From the IMG/VR virus record IMGVR_UViG_2541047815_000004: DNA of 48,720 nucleotides, one strand, 5' to 3'. The notes under the pieces were generated by a model. It made no database searches, was not told the DNA's origin, and saw nothing but the letters and a program-made list of their open reading frames with translations. Shown in pieces: positions 1 through 11,570 of this stretch. Origin of the DNA: a virus (taxonomy: Duplodnaviria; Heunggongvirae; Uroviricota; Caudoviricetes). Position 1 is the stretch's first letter; every line of letters begins with the position of its first letter. Both the position numbers and the translations under genes were made by a program.

Positions 1-1284
1 TTACAGACTTCTGGAAGGTTGCGCAGCTCTTACAACACGCGGTTGATCTTCCGCAGCGTCTTCCAGCGCACTTAAATCACGGTCTTTCACCTCTGGCATT
101 TTCAGCGCAGAGATTAAACCAATCACTGAATATGCCATGATCATAATGGCGATCGGATACCAGGATTCCGTCATGGTGCAGAAAATACCCGCCAGGATAG
201 GACCAAAACCGGAAGCGATAAGACCACCAATTTCTTTAGAAATAGCCATCCGGGTAAAGCGGTTTTTACAGCCGAACATTTCTGCCATGGTAATGTTTTC
301 CAGAGCAAATAATCCCAGCACCGCACAGTTATGAATCACAATCAGTGCAACCATAATGGTGCTCGGGGCATAGCTTTTATCTACAATGATAGAAAGCATT
401 GGCCATGCCAGCACAATCGCGGAGGTATTCATAATAATATACGGGATCCGGCGACCAATTTTATCGGATAACCAACCAAGGAACGGAATGGTCATAAAGC
501 CGAGAATCGAACTAATCATCAATGCATCTGTTGGAATTGCTTTGTTAAACAATAACGTCTGCACTAAATAGCCTGCAAGGAAAGTCTGAATTAACCCGGA
601 GTTACCCGCCTGACCAAAACGCAGCCCTGTTGCCAGCCAGAAGGATTTGCTCTGGAACATGCTACCAGCAGGTGCAGGTTTTGCTGTGGGTTGGTTGCTG
701 TCATTAACCTTCTCAAAGACCGGGCTTTCTTTCAGATTCATACGTAACCAGATAGCAAAGACCATCACGACAACGCTCGCCAGGAACGGTATACGCCATC
801 CCCACGCCAGCAGTTCCTCTTTACTGAGAATGAAGAACATAAAGGCCCAGATTGCCGTTGCGCTCAAGGTTCCGCAGTTAGTTCCCATAGCTACAAATGA
901 GGAGATAATTCCGCGCTTACCTTTTGGTGCATATTCCGCCAGCATCGTACCGGCACCGGAAATTTCCGCACCTGCACCCAACCCCTGAATAATACGCAGC
1001 GTCACCAGCAAGATGGGGGCAAAAACACCAATCTGTGCATAGGTCGGTAACACACCAATTAAGGTGGTACAGATCCCCATCATGGTGATGGTAATAAAGA
1101 GCACTTTTTTACGCCCTATTCTGTCGCCCATTTTGCCGAAAATAAATGCTCCGACAATACGCGCCACATAACCTGCACCGTAGGTTCCCATTGCCAAAAT
1201 TAACGCCATTGCCGTTGATGATTCAGGAAAAAATATTTCATGAAACACTAACGCTGCGCCGAGCGAATATAACTGGAAATCCAT
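1..1284 (-). CDS. ydfJ: MFS-family transporter, complete 427 aa (host gene flanking the prophage)
   Basis: 427-aa ORF with multiple hydrophobic transmembrane segments and an MFS-type cytoplasmic loop (GKMGDRIGRKK); recognised from memory as E. coli YdfJ; stop codon at window positions 1-3. Confidence 0.8.
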   Translation of the reverse strand: MDFQLYSLGAALVFHEIFFPESSTAMALILAMGTYGAGYVARIVGAFIFGKMGDRIGRKKVLFITITMMGICTTLIGVLPTYAQIGVFAPILLVTLRIIQGLGAGAEISGAGTMLAEYAPKGKRGIISSFVAMGTNCGTLSATAIWAFMFFILSKEELLAWGWRIPFLASVVVMVFAIWLRMNLKESPVFEKVNDSNQPTAKPAPAGSMFQSKSFWLATGLRFGQAGNSGLIQTFLAGYLVQTLLFNKAIPTDALMISSILGFMTIPFLGWLSDKIGRRIPYIIMNTSAIVLAWPMLSIIVDKSYAPSTIMVALIVIHNCAVLGLFALENITMAEMFGCKNRFTRMAISKEIGGLIASGFGPILAGIFCTMTESWYPIAIMIMAYSVIGLISALKMPEVKDRDLSALEDAAEDQPRVVRAAQPSRSL

Positions 1285-1885
1285 AATTCACAGGTGTTTT
1301 TTCCCATCCTGTGGTTTCCTTGGCGTTTTCTAGGTTTTTTCAGATAGTTGCATTTTTTTAAAAGCATCCTAAGTTCGATCTCAGTGTCTATCTGGGGCCT
1401 ATTTCTGTCCCATATATGCCCCAAAAAACTCCCCAACAGATAAGTAGTTTTTTCATGGATTTACGCGTAAAATCAATAACGGCTGGAAATCATTCAATAC
1501 TCGCACTATCGAAAAATTTACCAGCCAACCGCAGCACGTTCTTGCATAAGGTGTGTCTGCGGTTTTTCAACTATTCAGATACATCACTCCCATCACATTC
1601 ATTCCTCCACATCAAAGGCATATAGGCTATATCACCTTGATATTTTTCTTCTTCAGATAAAAACTGTTATCTATGTATACTTTTAAACCCAATCCGTGTA
1701 GAGTCTCTGCATAAGATAGTTTGCAGTTGACACTTCAGCTTGCGCCATAAACCGCCTGATTTTTGCCGCCACCTGTTAGCATTCCTGTATACCTGAAACG
1801 ACAATGTTTATCTACGAACTTTAAGAACACCCAAGATAAAATTGTCAACTATATCATATATAACACATTACTAATTCGAGGCTAT

Positions 1886-1999
1886 ATGAACAGCATACTG
1901 ATAATCACTTCTCTCCTTATCATATTCAGCATTTTTAGTCATGCCCTAATAAAATTAGGGATTGGCATATCCAATAACCCAGACAAAACCGATGTATAA
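1886..1999 (+). CDS. Candidate 37-aa small hydrophobic protein ([37 protein letters not shown])
   Basis: ATG at 1886 preceded by a GAGG Shine-Dalgarno-like motif about 6 nt upstream; one predicted transmembrane helix; inside the 78-aa track ORF 1763..1999. Confidence 0.3.
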
Positions 2000-2067
2000 G
2001 TCAACATATCCTGAATCAGACATACAATATCGCAATGAAAATCAATAATATTTTAAGGAATATCTTC

Positions 2068-2301
2068 ATGAAATCAAAAGACACCCTAAAGTGGTTCCCT
2101 GCGCAGCTTCCTGAAGTAAGAATTATCCTAGGGGATGCTGTAGTGGAAGTAGCAAAACAGGGAAGACCTATCAATACCAGAACATTGCTTGATTACATTG
2201 AAGGAAACATAAAGAAAAAGTCATGGCTGGATAACAAAGAATTATTACAAACAGCGATATCAGTTCTTAAAGACAACAAAAATTTAAATGGTAAAATGTA
2301 A
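2068..2301 (+). CDS. ydfK: Small cold-shock-associated protein YdfK/YnaE family, 77 aa
   Basis: Met12 of track ORF 2035..2301 with AAGGAA Shine-Dalgarno 6 nt upstream; sequence recognised as YdfK. Confidence 0.75.
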   Translation: MKSKDTLKWFPAQLPEVRIILGDAVVEVAKQGRPINTRTLLDYIEGNIKKKSWLDNKELLQTAISVLKDNKNLNGKM

Positions 2302-2617
2302 TATAATAAACTTACTTTTTTATCATTTTTTCACTTTAACAACATTTTGCTCCACTTTTCCACGACCAAACAACTTGAAATCTGGTTAAAATAACACGCA
2401 ACACTATTCTTCTTCCTTGAGTCCGCCCGGAACTCGAAAAACAAACCGAGTTAAAGCCATTTTTCACAAAATCGATTTTGGGTCTCACCAAAGTTACGGG
2501 GTTGCATACGCATTCGTTTATTTTCGAACGTGTACATACAAATATGCACAAAAATAATCAAAATTATTTTCTGAGATGCATTATGATATGAACACCAATT
2601 TCGTATAGAGTCTCACT

Positions 2618-3208
2618 ATGTCTCGAATTTTTGCTTACTGTCGGATATCAACGCTGGATCAGACCACCGAAAATCAACGCCGGGAAATCGAAAGTGCAGG
2701 TTTTAAAATCAAACCTCAGCAAATAATCGAAGAACACATTAGCGGCTCAGCAGCAACCAGTGAGCGTCCTGGTTTTAACCGGTTGCTTGCTCGCCTGAAA
2801 TGTGGTGATCAATTGATTGTGACAAAACTGGATCGCCTTGGTTGTAATGCAATGGATATCAGGAAAACAGTGGAACAACTGACCGAAACAGGTATCAGAG
2901 TGCATTGCTTAGCATTGGGGGGCATTGACCTGACCAGTCCAACTGGAAAAATGATGATGCACGTAATTTCAGCAGTCGCTGAATTTGAACGAGACCTTTT
3001 ACTTGAACGCACTCATTCCGGGATAGTAAGAGCCCGCGGCGCAGGGAAACGTTTTGGTCGACCACCTGTGTTAAATGAAGAACAGAAACAGGTGGTATTC
3101 GAACGAATTAAGTCAGGTGTAAGTATAAGTGCCATTGCCCGGGAATTCAAAACCTCGCGGCAAACCATTTTAAGAGCCAAAGCAAAACTTCAGACACCTG
3201 ACATATAA
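2618..3208 (+). CDS. pinQ: Serine recombinase, DNA invertase of the Pin/Gin/Hin/Cin family, 196 aa
   Basis: N-terminal resolvase catalytic motif (YCRISTLDQ with the active-site Ser), C-terminal HTH; length and sequence match Pin invertases. Confidence 0.9.
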   Translation: MSRIFAYCRISTLDQTTENQRREIESAGFKIKPQQIIEEHISGSAATSERPGFNRLLARLKCGDQLIVTKLDRLGCNAMDIRKTVEQLTETGIRVHCLALGGIDLTSPTGKMMMHVISAVAEFERDLLLERTHSGIVRARGAGKRFGRPPVLNEEQKQVVFERIKSGVSISAIAREFKTSRQTILRAKAKLQTPDI

Positions 3209-3305
3209 AAAATAATCTCGGTGTGAGATGCTTTACGTCTTCCAAGCCCCCTTCCTTGCCGTAAATGGAAAGATACATCTAATTATAGAATTTATATGTT
3301 TTACC

Positions 3306-3881
3306 CTACGGCAGTGCTGGCCATTCAATATCCTGTGCAGTTGACGTATCAACACGGTTCAGCAACACCCGATACTTTTTCCAGGCTTCCAGCAATGAGG
3401 TTTCTTCCTCCGTTGCGATTTCCAGATCTACAGCATCCTGAAGTGGCGCAATATGCTCACTGGCTACCTGCATCAGGCTGTTTTTTGTTTCTTCCGCCTC
3501 TCGGATCCGGAACAGTTTTTCTGCTTCTGCATCTTTCACCCAGGCTGTGCCGTTCCACTTCTGAAACTCCCCTTCCGGCGATAACCAGGTAACATTTTCC
3601 GGTAACGGACCGAGTTCAGAAATAAATAACGCGTCCCCTGACGCTACGTCATAAACCGTTTTACCCCGATGGTCTTCATCGAGATGCCACGATGCCTTAT
3701 CACTGTTGAAAACAGCCACAAAGCCAGCAGGAATATCTGGTGGTGCAATATCGGTACTGTTTGCTGGCAGACCTGTATGAGGCGGAATATATGCGTCACC
3801 TTCACCAATAAATTCATTAGTTCCGGCCAGCAGATTATAAATTTTTATGGTCCGTGGTTGTTCACTCATTCTGAATGCCAT
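3306..3881 (-). CDS. tfaQ: Tail fibre assembly protein (Tfa), 191 aa
   Basis: Immediately downstream of stf with a 1-nt stop/start overlap; sequence typical of lambda Tfa homologues. Confidence 0.8.
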   Translation of the reverse strand: MAFRMSEQPRTIKIYNLLAGTNEFIGEGDAYIPPHTGLPANSTDIAPPDIPAGFVAVFNSDKASWHLDEDHRGKTVYDVASGDALFISELGPLPENVTWLSPEGEFQKWNGTAWVKDAEAEKLFRIREAEETKNSLMQVASEHIAPLQDAVDLEIATEEETSLLEAWKKYRVLLNRVDTSTAQDIEWPALP

Positions 3882-6800
3882 TATGCAAGCCTCACAATAT
3901 AGTTAAATGCGATGTTTTTGACGGTGTTTTCCGCGTTACCAGCAGCGTTAACGGTGATGGTGTGTCCATGTGAACCAATCGCAACGGAGTGCGTATGAGC
4001 ACCAATACCGACAGTATGCGCGTGTGCACCTGCAGATGCTGCTGTGCCGGACAGTGAATGGCTATGATTACCATCTGTACTGGTATTCGCTAACCACCCC
4101 GTAGACATACCTACTGAGCCTTGTACACCCCAGGTATTTTGACCTGAGCTTGTATAACCATATTGATAAGTATCTTTAAAAACACTGGGGTTAAATCGAC
4201 GGCCATCTCTATGGCTGTGATTACCAGCTGTATTCGTGCTGCCACTTAAACTATGGGTATGCGCACCAGTGTTATTCGTGGATTTAGTGCCGTAATCAAA
4301 CGACGATGTGGTTTTCGTCCCCAAATCCGTACTGGATGCGCTGGCGCTGTGGGTATGCGATTTAATGCCATCCTGTTCCTGAGACAATACGGCACGACCA
4401 CTGGCGGGCTTGCCCTTAATCGTCCAGCCACGCAAATCAGGGATCACGCCTGACGGATAAGCGGCAGCAAGTTTCGGGTAAGCAGATTTGTCAAAAGTCT
4501 GCCCCTGCATCAGGGCATAACCAGACGGAACGGTATCTGATGGCCACGGGATTGGTGCACCGACTGGGTAGCTTTCTGGTGGAAGATTTTTCGAGGTATA
4601 AACTTCTGCCCAGTCTTCCTCAAAACCATAACCGTCTCTTGAAGAACGGTAGAACAGACCACCATTTCTGTAATGCGCCTTCATCTGCAAGGTCCGGCAA
4701 CTTCCGACTCCGGTATAGAAGTTAACCAGAATATAGCTGTTGCCAGAGCGGGTGACATTGTAAGCGCCTGATTCGGCATTCCATGGAACGCCACCATCCG
4801 CATCGGCATATGTATCCGTTGCCCTTCTGGCAAAAGCAGCCACATGCGCGGCGGTTAAAGTAATATCTCTGGAACCATCAAACTCAACACCAGAAACCAG
4901 TCTTGGCGTTTGCAGCTTTGTTGCTGTCAATGCGTTACCGTTCAGACTTGCAGACAGTTTGGTTCCAATAACCAGTTCGCCGGTTGCGTTATCAATAACA
5001 AACGGTCTTAATGTATTCCAGCCACCATAAACATCACCTTGATTGGTAAGCAGCAGGTAAGTTTTAGCGCCATCATTACGCCATAATGCCCCATACTCCC
5101 CACCTATCATTCGAATCTGATTACCACCACGCGCTACAATTTCGTCTGTGGCAAAAAGTTTTTTGCACGACAAGTTATCGTTAACGATTAACGAATGAGA
5201 CTCATAAAAACCACGCCCACTCTTAAAATCAAGGATAACGTCCGCCGCGATACATTCAGTCGCCGGATTTGTTGCCCCAAACTTATAGGTCGTATCATTA
5301 ACAACGAGATCAGCACCAGGTGCGGATATTGACAGGCCATCTTCGATAAACGCAAAAACAGGGAAAGCAGCGCCATCAACATAGAACACAGAGCGCAAAT
5401 CATCGCCCTTATTACTCATCATTATTGAGTGGATGGCTCGTTCATTATTTTGATATTGCCAGAACATTCCATAAGCATAACGCCCCCTGTCAGTCCAGCC
5501 ACCAGGCATAACAAATCCGTTAAACTCGCAGTTATTCATCGGATCGCCTGCGGTTCGCGTTGCCGTGGTGATAATGACCCTTGATGCCAGTTCGCTTACT
5601 GAGCCAGCAGAACGCATAACAACAACAGGGTAATATTTTCCAGATATTGCACCTGCAGGAGCGTTAACCCGCACATAACGCATACCACGCTTATCAGCAA
5701 AGTCTGTTTTACTGACCGCGTTAATGTTGTTCAGGAAGCGTCCCTTATCGGGTATATCAGCGCCGTTCTGGTCTTTCTGCAGACGTTTCTCTGCATTGTC
5801 ATAGGCTGATTTTACTGCCTTTGGCGTTGCCGCCAGCGTTTCAGACGAACTGTTGGTCGCACTGCTGAGCTGTACTATCCCCTTTTTCGTCGTACTTGCA
5901 TCCTCAAGCGCCACGGCGGATGCAATATCCTCTGCCCGTTTAGCTGCTGTCTCGGCGCGCGTTGCTGCGGATTCTGCCGTATTCTTGCTCTGTGCTGCCG
6001 CCGTCGCACTGCCAGCAGCCTCTGTTGCCTTCGTGGATGCCGTCGTGGCGCTGCCTTTCGCTGCTGATGCCTGTCTGGTCGCCTCATCTTTTGAAGCAGA
6101 CGCCGATGAGGCCGATGACGCCGCCGAACTGGCGGACGATGCGGCAGCCGTTTTTGAGGATTCTGCGCTGGTTTCCGACGCTTTCGCGTTCGTTTCGGAT
6201 GTCTTCGCTGCGGAAGCTGACCTCGCTGCTGCGTTGGCCTGTTCAGTGGCTTCGCCAGCCTTCGTTGTGGCTGTTGAAGCAGACGATGCGGCACTTTCTG
6301 CCGATTTTCCGGCGGCGGTGGCACTGGCTGAGGCCTGCCCGGCACTTGTTGACGCGGTACTGGCAGACGACGCAGCCGCTGTTTTTGAGCCTGCCGCAGC
6401 TGAGGCGCTCTGTCCCGCTGCCGTCTCAGAAGACCTGGCGTTCGTCTCGGACGTTTTTGCCGCCTTCGCGGAATTTCCTGCCGCCGTTGCCGAGGAAGCT
6501 GCGCTACTGGCGCTCGAGGATGCGTTCGTTTCTGATGATTTCGCTGCCTCTTTTGAGGCCGCTGCATCCCGGGCTGAGGTGGCAGCTTCTGACGCTTTCG
6601 TGGTCGCGGTGGATGCAGAAGTGGCTGCTGATTGTTGTGACGCTGCGGCATTCGTTTCTGACGTTTTCGCCGCACCGGCACTGGTAGCCGCCGCGCTTTT
6701 TGAGGACTCTGCAGCGGCAGCACTTTTTGATGCTTCAGTAGCCTTTGTTGATGCCGTTCCTGCGCTGGAAGACGCTGACTGAGCCGACGTCGCGGCCTGC

Positions 6801-7279
6801 CCGGCTGATGTGCTGGCTGCACGTGCTGAGCCTGCAGCATCAGTCGCATGGGTTGCCGCCTCACGGGCTGATGTGCCGGCATCGCTGGCTGACTTCTTCG
6901 CGGCTGCCGTGTTCTGTGCCACCGCGGACGCGTTACGCGCCACCTCTTCCACCATCAGTTCAAAACGGCGCAGTGCCTCAGGACGGGCATCATCCTCCGT
7001 CATGGCACCGAGAAAATCATTCAGCGTACCGGGTCGGGAATCTTCATACACGGTGATGGTCCCGGCATGTGACGGCGGGAATCCCTCCACCAACAGAATA
7101 ACGCTGTACTGCCCGTACTCAACGTCCATGCTGTAACGCCCGGCTTCATCCGGATTTTCTGAGGCCAGCGTGTTCACCACCACCGTGGTGCTGTTACGTT
7201 TTGCTTTCAGCTGGATTGTGCAGTTCTGTACCGGTTTTCCTGTGCCGTCTTTCAGTACACCTGAAATCTTTACTGCCAT
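3881..7279 (-). CDS. stfQ: Side tail fibre protein (Stf), about 1132 aa from the ATG at Met3 (track ORF starts at a GTG at 7285)
   Basis: N-terminus [12 protein letters not shown] matches lambda Stf; long Ala/Ser/Thr-rich repetitive middle; Gly/His-rich C-terminal tip ([21 protein letters not shown]). Confidence 0.85.
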   Translation of the reverse strand: MAVKISGVLKDGTGKPVQNCTIQLKAKRNSTTVVVNTLASENPDEAGRYSMDVEYGQYSVILLVEGFPPSHAGTITVYEDSRPGTLNDFLGAMTEDDARPEALRRFELMVEEVARNASAVAQNTAAAKKSASDAGTSAREAATHATDAAGSARAASTSAGQAATSAQSASSSAGTASTKATEASKSAAAAESSKSAAATSAGAAKTSETNAAASQQSAATSASTATTKASEAATSARDAAASKEAAKSSETNASSSASSAASSATAAGNSAKAAKTSETNARSSETAAGQSASAAAGSKTAAASSASTASTSAGQASASATAAGKSAESAASSASTATTKAGEATEQANAAARSASAAKTSETNAKASETSAESSKTAAASSASSAASSASSASASKDEATRQASAAKGSATTASTKATEAAGSATAAAQSKNTAESAATRAETAAKRAEDIASAVALEDASTTKKGIVQLSSATNSSSETLAATPKAVKSAYDNAEKRLQKDQNGADIPDKGRFLNNINAVSKTDFADKRGMRYVRVNAPAGAISGKYYPVVVMRSAGSVSELASRVIITTATRTAGDPMNNCEFNGFVMPGGWTDRGRYAYGMFWQYQNNERAIHSIMMSNKGDDLRSVFYVDGAAFPVFAFIEDGLSISAPGADLVVNDTTYKFGATNPATECIAADVILDFKSGRGFYESHSLIVNDNLSCKKLFATDEIVARGGNQIRMIGGEYGALWRNDGAKTYLLLTNQGDVYGGWNTLRPFVIDNATGELVIGTKLSASLNGNALTATKLQTPRLVSGVEFDGSRDITLTAAHVAAFARRATDTYADADGGVPWNAESGAYNVTRSGNSYILVNFYTGVGSCRTLQMKAHYRNGGLFYRSSRDGYGFEEDWAEVYTSKNLPPESYPVGAPIPWPSDTVPSGYALMQGQTFDKSAYPKLAAAYPSGVIPDLRGWTIKGKPASGRAVLSQEQDGIKSHTHSASASSTDLGTKTTSSFDYGTKSTNNTGAHTHSLSGSTNTAGNHSHRDGRRFNPSVFKDTYQYGYTSSGQNTWGVQGSVGMSTGWLANTSTDGNHSHSLSGTAASAGAHAHTVGIGAHTHSVAIGSHGHTITVNAAGNAENTVKNIAFNYIVRLA

Positions 7280-7290
7280 ATTCACCCCAC

Positions 7291-7317
7291 AAAAAAGCCC
7301 GCCTGAACCGGCGGGCT
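7291..7317 (-). terminator. Intrinsic terminator-like hairpin between lom and stf
   Basis: 8-bp GC-rich stem AGCCCGCC/GGCGGGCT (7296-7317) with 6-nt loop, followed on the minus strand by U5; sits 27 nt after the lom stop and directly before the stf Shine-Dalgarno. Confidence 0.5.
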
Positions 7318-7343
7318 GTCATAACACTGTGTTACCTGGCTAA

Positions 7344-7943
7344 TCAGAATTTATAACCGACACCCACGATGAAACCGTCAGTGCGCCAGTCACCACTGCC
7401 GGAGCCTTCATAAGCAATATCAATGGCCACGGATTCGGTCGGGTTAAACTGCACGCCAGCCCCCCACGCCAGAGACGTGTTGCTGTGGCGACCGTCATCA
7501 CTTCCGGTCAGCACATCGTGCTTTTTCCCCTTGTTGTCAGTTACGCGAAGATAATCCCCGGAGAAAGTCGACACACGGCTGTAAGCTACACCCGCCATCG
7601 CATACGCGCTGAACCATTCATTCACGCGCACAGACGGCCCCGCCATTACGCTGAACCAGCGGTTACGAACGGAATCTTCATGCCAGCGGGTATCGCTGTA
7701 ACGGGTAAGCTGGCGATTCTTGTCTCCTGCATAGCTGAATGACGTCACCAGCCCCAGTGTGTCCGTAAACTCATAACGGTATTTCACGTTAATCCCGTTC
7801 AGATCATCGCTGCCGGGGACGTTCGTCGAGGCATGAAGATACCCCGCGCTCAGCGTGGACTGATGTTCAGACGCCCATGCAGGCGCACCGGATACGGCCA
7901 GACAAATGGCTGCGGACAAAATTGCTGCACAAACTTTACGCAT
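7344..7943 (-). CDS. lom: Lom-like outer membrane protein (Ail/Lom/OmpX family), 199 aa with signal peptide
   Basis: N-terminal signal peptide [24 protein letters not shown]; beta-barrel-like alternating pattern, C-terminal GYKF; lambda-like position between J and stf. Confidence 0.85.
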   Translation of the reverse strand: MRKVCAAILSAAICLAVSGAPAWASEHQSTLSAGYLHASTNVPGSDDLNGINVKYRYEFTDTLGLVTSFSYAGDKNRQLTRYSDTRWHEDSVRNRWFSVMAGPSVRVNEWFSAYAMAGVAYSRVSTFSGDYLRVTDNKGKKHDVLTGSDDGRHSNTSLAWGAGVQFNPTESVAIDIAYEGSGSGDWRTDGFIVGVGYKF

Positions 7944-8013
7944 AATTACCTCTCGCTTTTCTGCAATAAAAAAGGCGTCATTCCTGACGCCCTTTATTGG
8001 GGTTATAAATATT

Positions 8014-11000
8014 TCAACGAATACTGATGCCGGAAGCGGCTTTTTTGGTCACAATCACCGTACAGTCGGTGATATTGCCTGCCCCCTGATTGCCTTTCTG
8101 GAAAATCTTAAACTCCAGAGTGACGCTTCCCCTGCCACTCGGCATATCAATAACTGCACTGTAACTACCGGGAATGGCCCCTTTAGTTTCTCTGGATGCG
8201 ATTAATACGCCGTTTTTGCGAACTTCAAAACCATAACCCGTGTATCGCGTGCCTCCTGGGTTATTTCCGCTCCCCGGATCGTCATACGCTATACCGTTAA
8301 AAATAATGGGCGGAATAATAATCTGGCGGTCAAAGTTATGATCATCGCTGATGGTGACTGTAACCGTACCGTTTGGTGTTTCCGTGTTACCCCACGTACC
8401 GACTTTTTTCGGGAAGGCTTTTGATACAGCTTTAACGAAATCTCCTCTGACCTGGGTCGCCTCCAGCATGCCCTTAATCGTACAGTTCTGGTTAATCGTG
8501 ACATTGTTGAGCGTTCCTGAGTTCGCATTCACACTGCCACTGATATCCGCATTTTTCGCCGTCAGTCTCCCGTCTGATGTCAGGGAAAATGCCGGAGGAT
8601 TACCGCCGCTGGTAATGGTGGGGGCCGTCAGGCGTTTCAGGAACACTTCATTCATGAATATCTGATCGCCCTGACCAACAAACATCGGCTTTGTGTTGCC
8701 ATTCGCAGGATTAATCATCGCAATCCTGTCTGCTGCCAGCAGCACCTGACTCTGCATGCCGTCAGGGGTGTTCTCAATACCGGCACCGATACCCGCAATA
8801 TAAAGGCGTCCGTCCTGCATCTGCTGCAGCTTCACTGCCCACATGCTGTTCAGGTTATTATTTGTATCAACCTGAACCTTCTGTATCTGCTGGATCGCTG
8901 CACTCTGGTCTTCCAGTTTCTTATTGACGGTCTGTGTTATTTCATTGCTGACATCCGTTATGGACGTCCTGATTTCAGTCAGGTCAGGCGCAAGCTGACC
9001 GTTATCAATCTGCGTCCACAGCTCCTGAGCCAGATGGGTTTTCCCTATCTCGCCTTTGAAAAAATCCAGATAGCCTGATGCATCATCACTCGGCTGACCG
9101 ACAGCCTCCACGAATGCCGATTTGCCAACGGTGTTCACACTGCGAACGTAAAAATAATAATCATGGCCCGGTTTGATATTGATACTGGCGGCTATCCAGT
9201 ACAGTGCCGTACCAAGATAACGCGCGCTGGTTTCAACCTGCCTGATATCCGCAATCCGTTTTTCCGAGAACCAGAACTCAAACTGTACCGTCGGGTCATA
9301 AACCGCAAGATGCGGCGTGGCGGTTATCTGAAAATAGCCCGGTGTCAGCTCAATCCGAGACGGCGCTGCCGGTGCGGCAATCCGGAACGATACCGATGCC
9401 GGATCGCCCTGCAGCCCCCACGCATTTACCGCCCGGACCGTCAGCATGTAACGCCCCAGCGCCAGTTGCGTGAAGCGGTATGTGGTTTCCGTCGTCCGGG
9501 CCGTGCTGACCAGCCGCTCACTGCCGTCATCCGCTGCCACGGTCAGGCGAAGCAGGAAGCTCACGCCCTTCACCACTTTCGGCGTGTCCCAGCGGGCCAG
9601 CACCTGGTATTCCCCGCTGTCTGCGGTGACTTCGGCAGTCAGGTGCTGCACCGCTGGCGGCGTGACACCATTCACCGTGCCGCTCTGGTCGCCGTCAAAG
9701 TGCGCCCCGTTATCCACGATGGCCTCTTTCTCCGGTACATGCTGCACGGCAGTGATGGCATACGTGCCGTCGTCGTTCTCACGGATACTCACGCAGCGGA
9801 ACAGGCGATGGCGCAACGTCGGCAACTTCAGCCCCCACACGCTGTATTCAGCAACGCCGTCAGGAACACGGCTCACTTTTACCTTCACGCCGTCGGTGAC
9901 GGACTGGACCTCCACGCTGACCGGATTACCCTCACCGTCAACCAGGCTTATCAGCGTGGTGCCGGAGGATGGCAGCGTGATTTCACGGTCGAGCGTCAGC
10001 GTCCGGGTCTGGCTGTTCACCGCCAGCACGCGACCACCGATGCTGATACCGGCATAGTCATCATCGCAGATTTCAATAACATCGCCCGGCACATGGCGAA
10101 GCCCTTCTGCGCCCACGCTGAAATCCACGGTCTGCGTTTCCAGCAGTTCCGTTTTAATCAGCCACAGCCCGGCTCGGTGTGCCTGCCCCCGGCTGGTACA
10201 GCCAAAGGCATCCATCTTCGTGACATTACGACCGTAACGGGCAATGGCCTGCGTATCTTCAACAAGCTCTGTCGCCGTCTCCCAGCCGTTGTTCGGGTCA
10301 ATCCAGTTCACCTCAACGGCATTATGGCGGTCCTTCAGGGCGCTGAAGCTGTAGCGGAACGGCGCGCCATCATCCGGCATCACCACATTACTGCGGTTAT
10401 AGGTCCACACCTTATCCGACTGTCGGTCCTGCACGAACGTCAGCGTCTGCCCGTTCCATACCGGCATACAGCGCATCGCCGAGCAGAAATCACTGAGCAC
10501 ATCCCACGCCTTGCGCTGTGTGGTCAGGTAAGCGTTACAGGTGATGCGCGGCTCCGTGCCGCCAAAGCCGTCCGGCACCGACTGGTCGCAATTCTGGCCG
10601 ATGACATACAGCGCCCATTTATCCACATCCGCCGCACCAAGACGTTTCCCCATGCCGTAGCGCGGATGGGTCAGCATATCCCACAGACACCAGGCCATGT
10701 TGTTGCTGTATGCCGGTTTTAACGTTCCGTCCCAGATACCGCTGTATTGCCGCGTCTGCGGGTTATAGTTCGACGGCACCTGCAGAATGCGCCCGCGAAG
10801 ATGATAATTACGGCTCACCTGCTGGCTGCCGAACTGCTCCGAGTCCACCTGCACGCCAACCAGTGCCGTGTTCGGGTAGCACTGTTTCACATCGATGATT
10901 TCGGTGTATGACGACCAGAGCGTTTTGTTCTGCAGCTGGTCTGTGGTGCTGTCCGGCGTCATCCTGCGCATCCGGATATTAAACGGGCGCGGCGGCAGGT

Positions 11001-11511
11001 TATCCACCACCACCGAGGCCAGATACTGCGAGGTGGTTTTGCCCTTAATGGTGATGTCTTTTTCCGTCACCCAGCCACCGTTACGCTGTATCTGAACCAG
11101 CAGGCGGACTTCCGATGGATTCCTGTCCCCCTTTGAGGTGGTTTCCACCAGTGCCTGCACACCGAAGGTAAAGCGCAGACGGTCGATGTTTGCCGACGTG
11201 ATGGTGCGGGTGATCGGCGTGTCATATTTCACTTCCGTACCCAGCACCGTCTCGGAGCCGGAGGATTCAAATCCCTCCGGCGGTGTCTGCTCCTGCTCAC
11301 CGGCCCGGAACACCACCGTGACGCCGGAGATGTTGGTATTCCCCTCAGTGTCCAGCACTGGCGTACTGTTCAGCAGCACGCTTTTTAATCCATCCACCGG
11401 ACCTTCAATCGGCCCTTCGCTGATGGCATCGATCACACTCAGCAACTGCGTGGACTTCAGGTTGTCCTTCGCTTCGCGCGGAGTATGCCCCTTACTGCTG
11501 CCTTTACCCAT
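8014..11511 (-). CDS. J: Tail tip / host-specificity protein J, 1165 aa
   Basis: Size and position after I; N-terminus [37 protein letters not shown] is lambda J-like. Confidence 0.9.
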   Translation of the reverse strand: MGKGSSKGHTPREAKDNLKSTQLLSVIDAISEGPIEGPVDGLKSVLLNSTPVLDTEGNTNISGVTVVFRAGEQEQTPPEGFESSGSETVLGTEVKYDTPITRTITSANIDRLRFTFGVQALVETTSKGDRNPSEVRLLVQIQRNGGWVTEKDITIKGKTTSQYLASVVVDNLPPRPFNIRMRRMTPDSTTDQLQNKTLWSSYTEIIDVKQCYPNTALVGVQVDSEQFGSQQVSRNYHLRGRILQVPSNYNPQTRQYSGIWDGTLKPAYSNNMAWCLWDMLTHPRYGMGKRLGAADVDKWALYVIGQNCDQSVPDGFGGTEPRITCNAYLTTQRKAWDVLSDFCSAMRCMPVWNGQTLTFVQDRQSDKVWTYNRSNVVMPDDGAPFRYSFSALKDRHNAVEVNWIDPNNGWETATELVEDTQAIARYGRNVTKMDAFGCTSRGQAHRAGLWLIKTELLETQTVDFSVGAEGLRHVPGDVIEICDDDYAGISIGGRVLAVNSQTRTLTLDREITLPSSGTTLISLVDGEGNPVSVEVQSVTDGVKVKVSRVPDGVAEYSVWGLKLPTLRHRLFRCVSIRENDDGTYAITAVQHVPEKEAIVDNGAHFDGDQSGTVNGVTPPAVQHLTAEVTADSGEYQVLARWDTPKVVKGVSFLLRLTVAADDGSERLVSTARTTETTYRFTQLALGRYMLTVRAVNAWGLQGDPASVSFRIAAPAAPSRIELTPGYFQITATPHLAVYDPTVQFEFWFSEKRIADIRQVETSARYLGTALYWIAASINIKPGHDYYFYVRSVNTVGKSAFVEAVGQPSDDASGYLDFFKGEIGKTHLAQELWTQIDNGQLAPDLTEIRTSITDVSNEITQTVNKKLEDQSAAIQQIQKVQVDTNNNLNSMWAVKLQQMQDGRLYIAGIGAGIENTPDGMQSQVLLAADRIAMINPANGNTKPMFVGQGDQIFMNEVFLKRLTAPTITSGGNPPAFSLTSDGRLTAKNADISGSVNANSGTLNNVTINQNCTIKGMLEATQVRGDFVKAVSKAFPKKVGTWGNTETPNGTVTVTISDDHNFDRQIIIPPIIFNGIAYDDPGSGNNPGGTRYTGYGFEVRKNGVLIASRETKGAIPGSYSAVIDMPSGRGSVTLEFKIFQKGNQGAGNITDCTVIVTKKAASGISIR

Positions 11512-11570
11512 TCCTCACGCTCCATAAACGACAAAACCGCCCGGAGGCGGTTTCACATAAACGTTTTTCA

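Noticed and set aside
3209-3305. Possible Pin crossover (gix/pix) site in the pin-tfa intergenic region
   Set aside because: I could not find a 26-bp dyad matching the invertase-site consensus as I recall it; only a short 7/8 inverted motif shared with the pin upstream region, which could be chance.
5853-6882. Long ORFs on both strands (309, 335 and 241 aa) within the stf repeat region
   Set aside because: They overlap the Ala/Ser/Thr repeat core of stf. Their translations are Ala/Asp-rich or Arg/Gln/Pro-rich low-complexity runs produced by the repetitive codon composition, not independent genes.
9163-10722. 519-aa plus-strand ORF antisense to the J gene
   Set aside because: It lies entirely inside the well-supported minus-strand J gene. 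The predicted protein is Arg/Pro/His-rich low complexity with no Shine-Dalgarno, typical of a GC-rich antisense frame artefact.
11534-11553. Hairpin AAACCGCC-CGGA-GGCGGTTT between tail genes I and J
   Set aside because: The stem is good but neither strand has an adjacent U-tract, so it is not a convincing intrinsic terminator; it may be an mRNA structure only.
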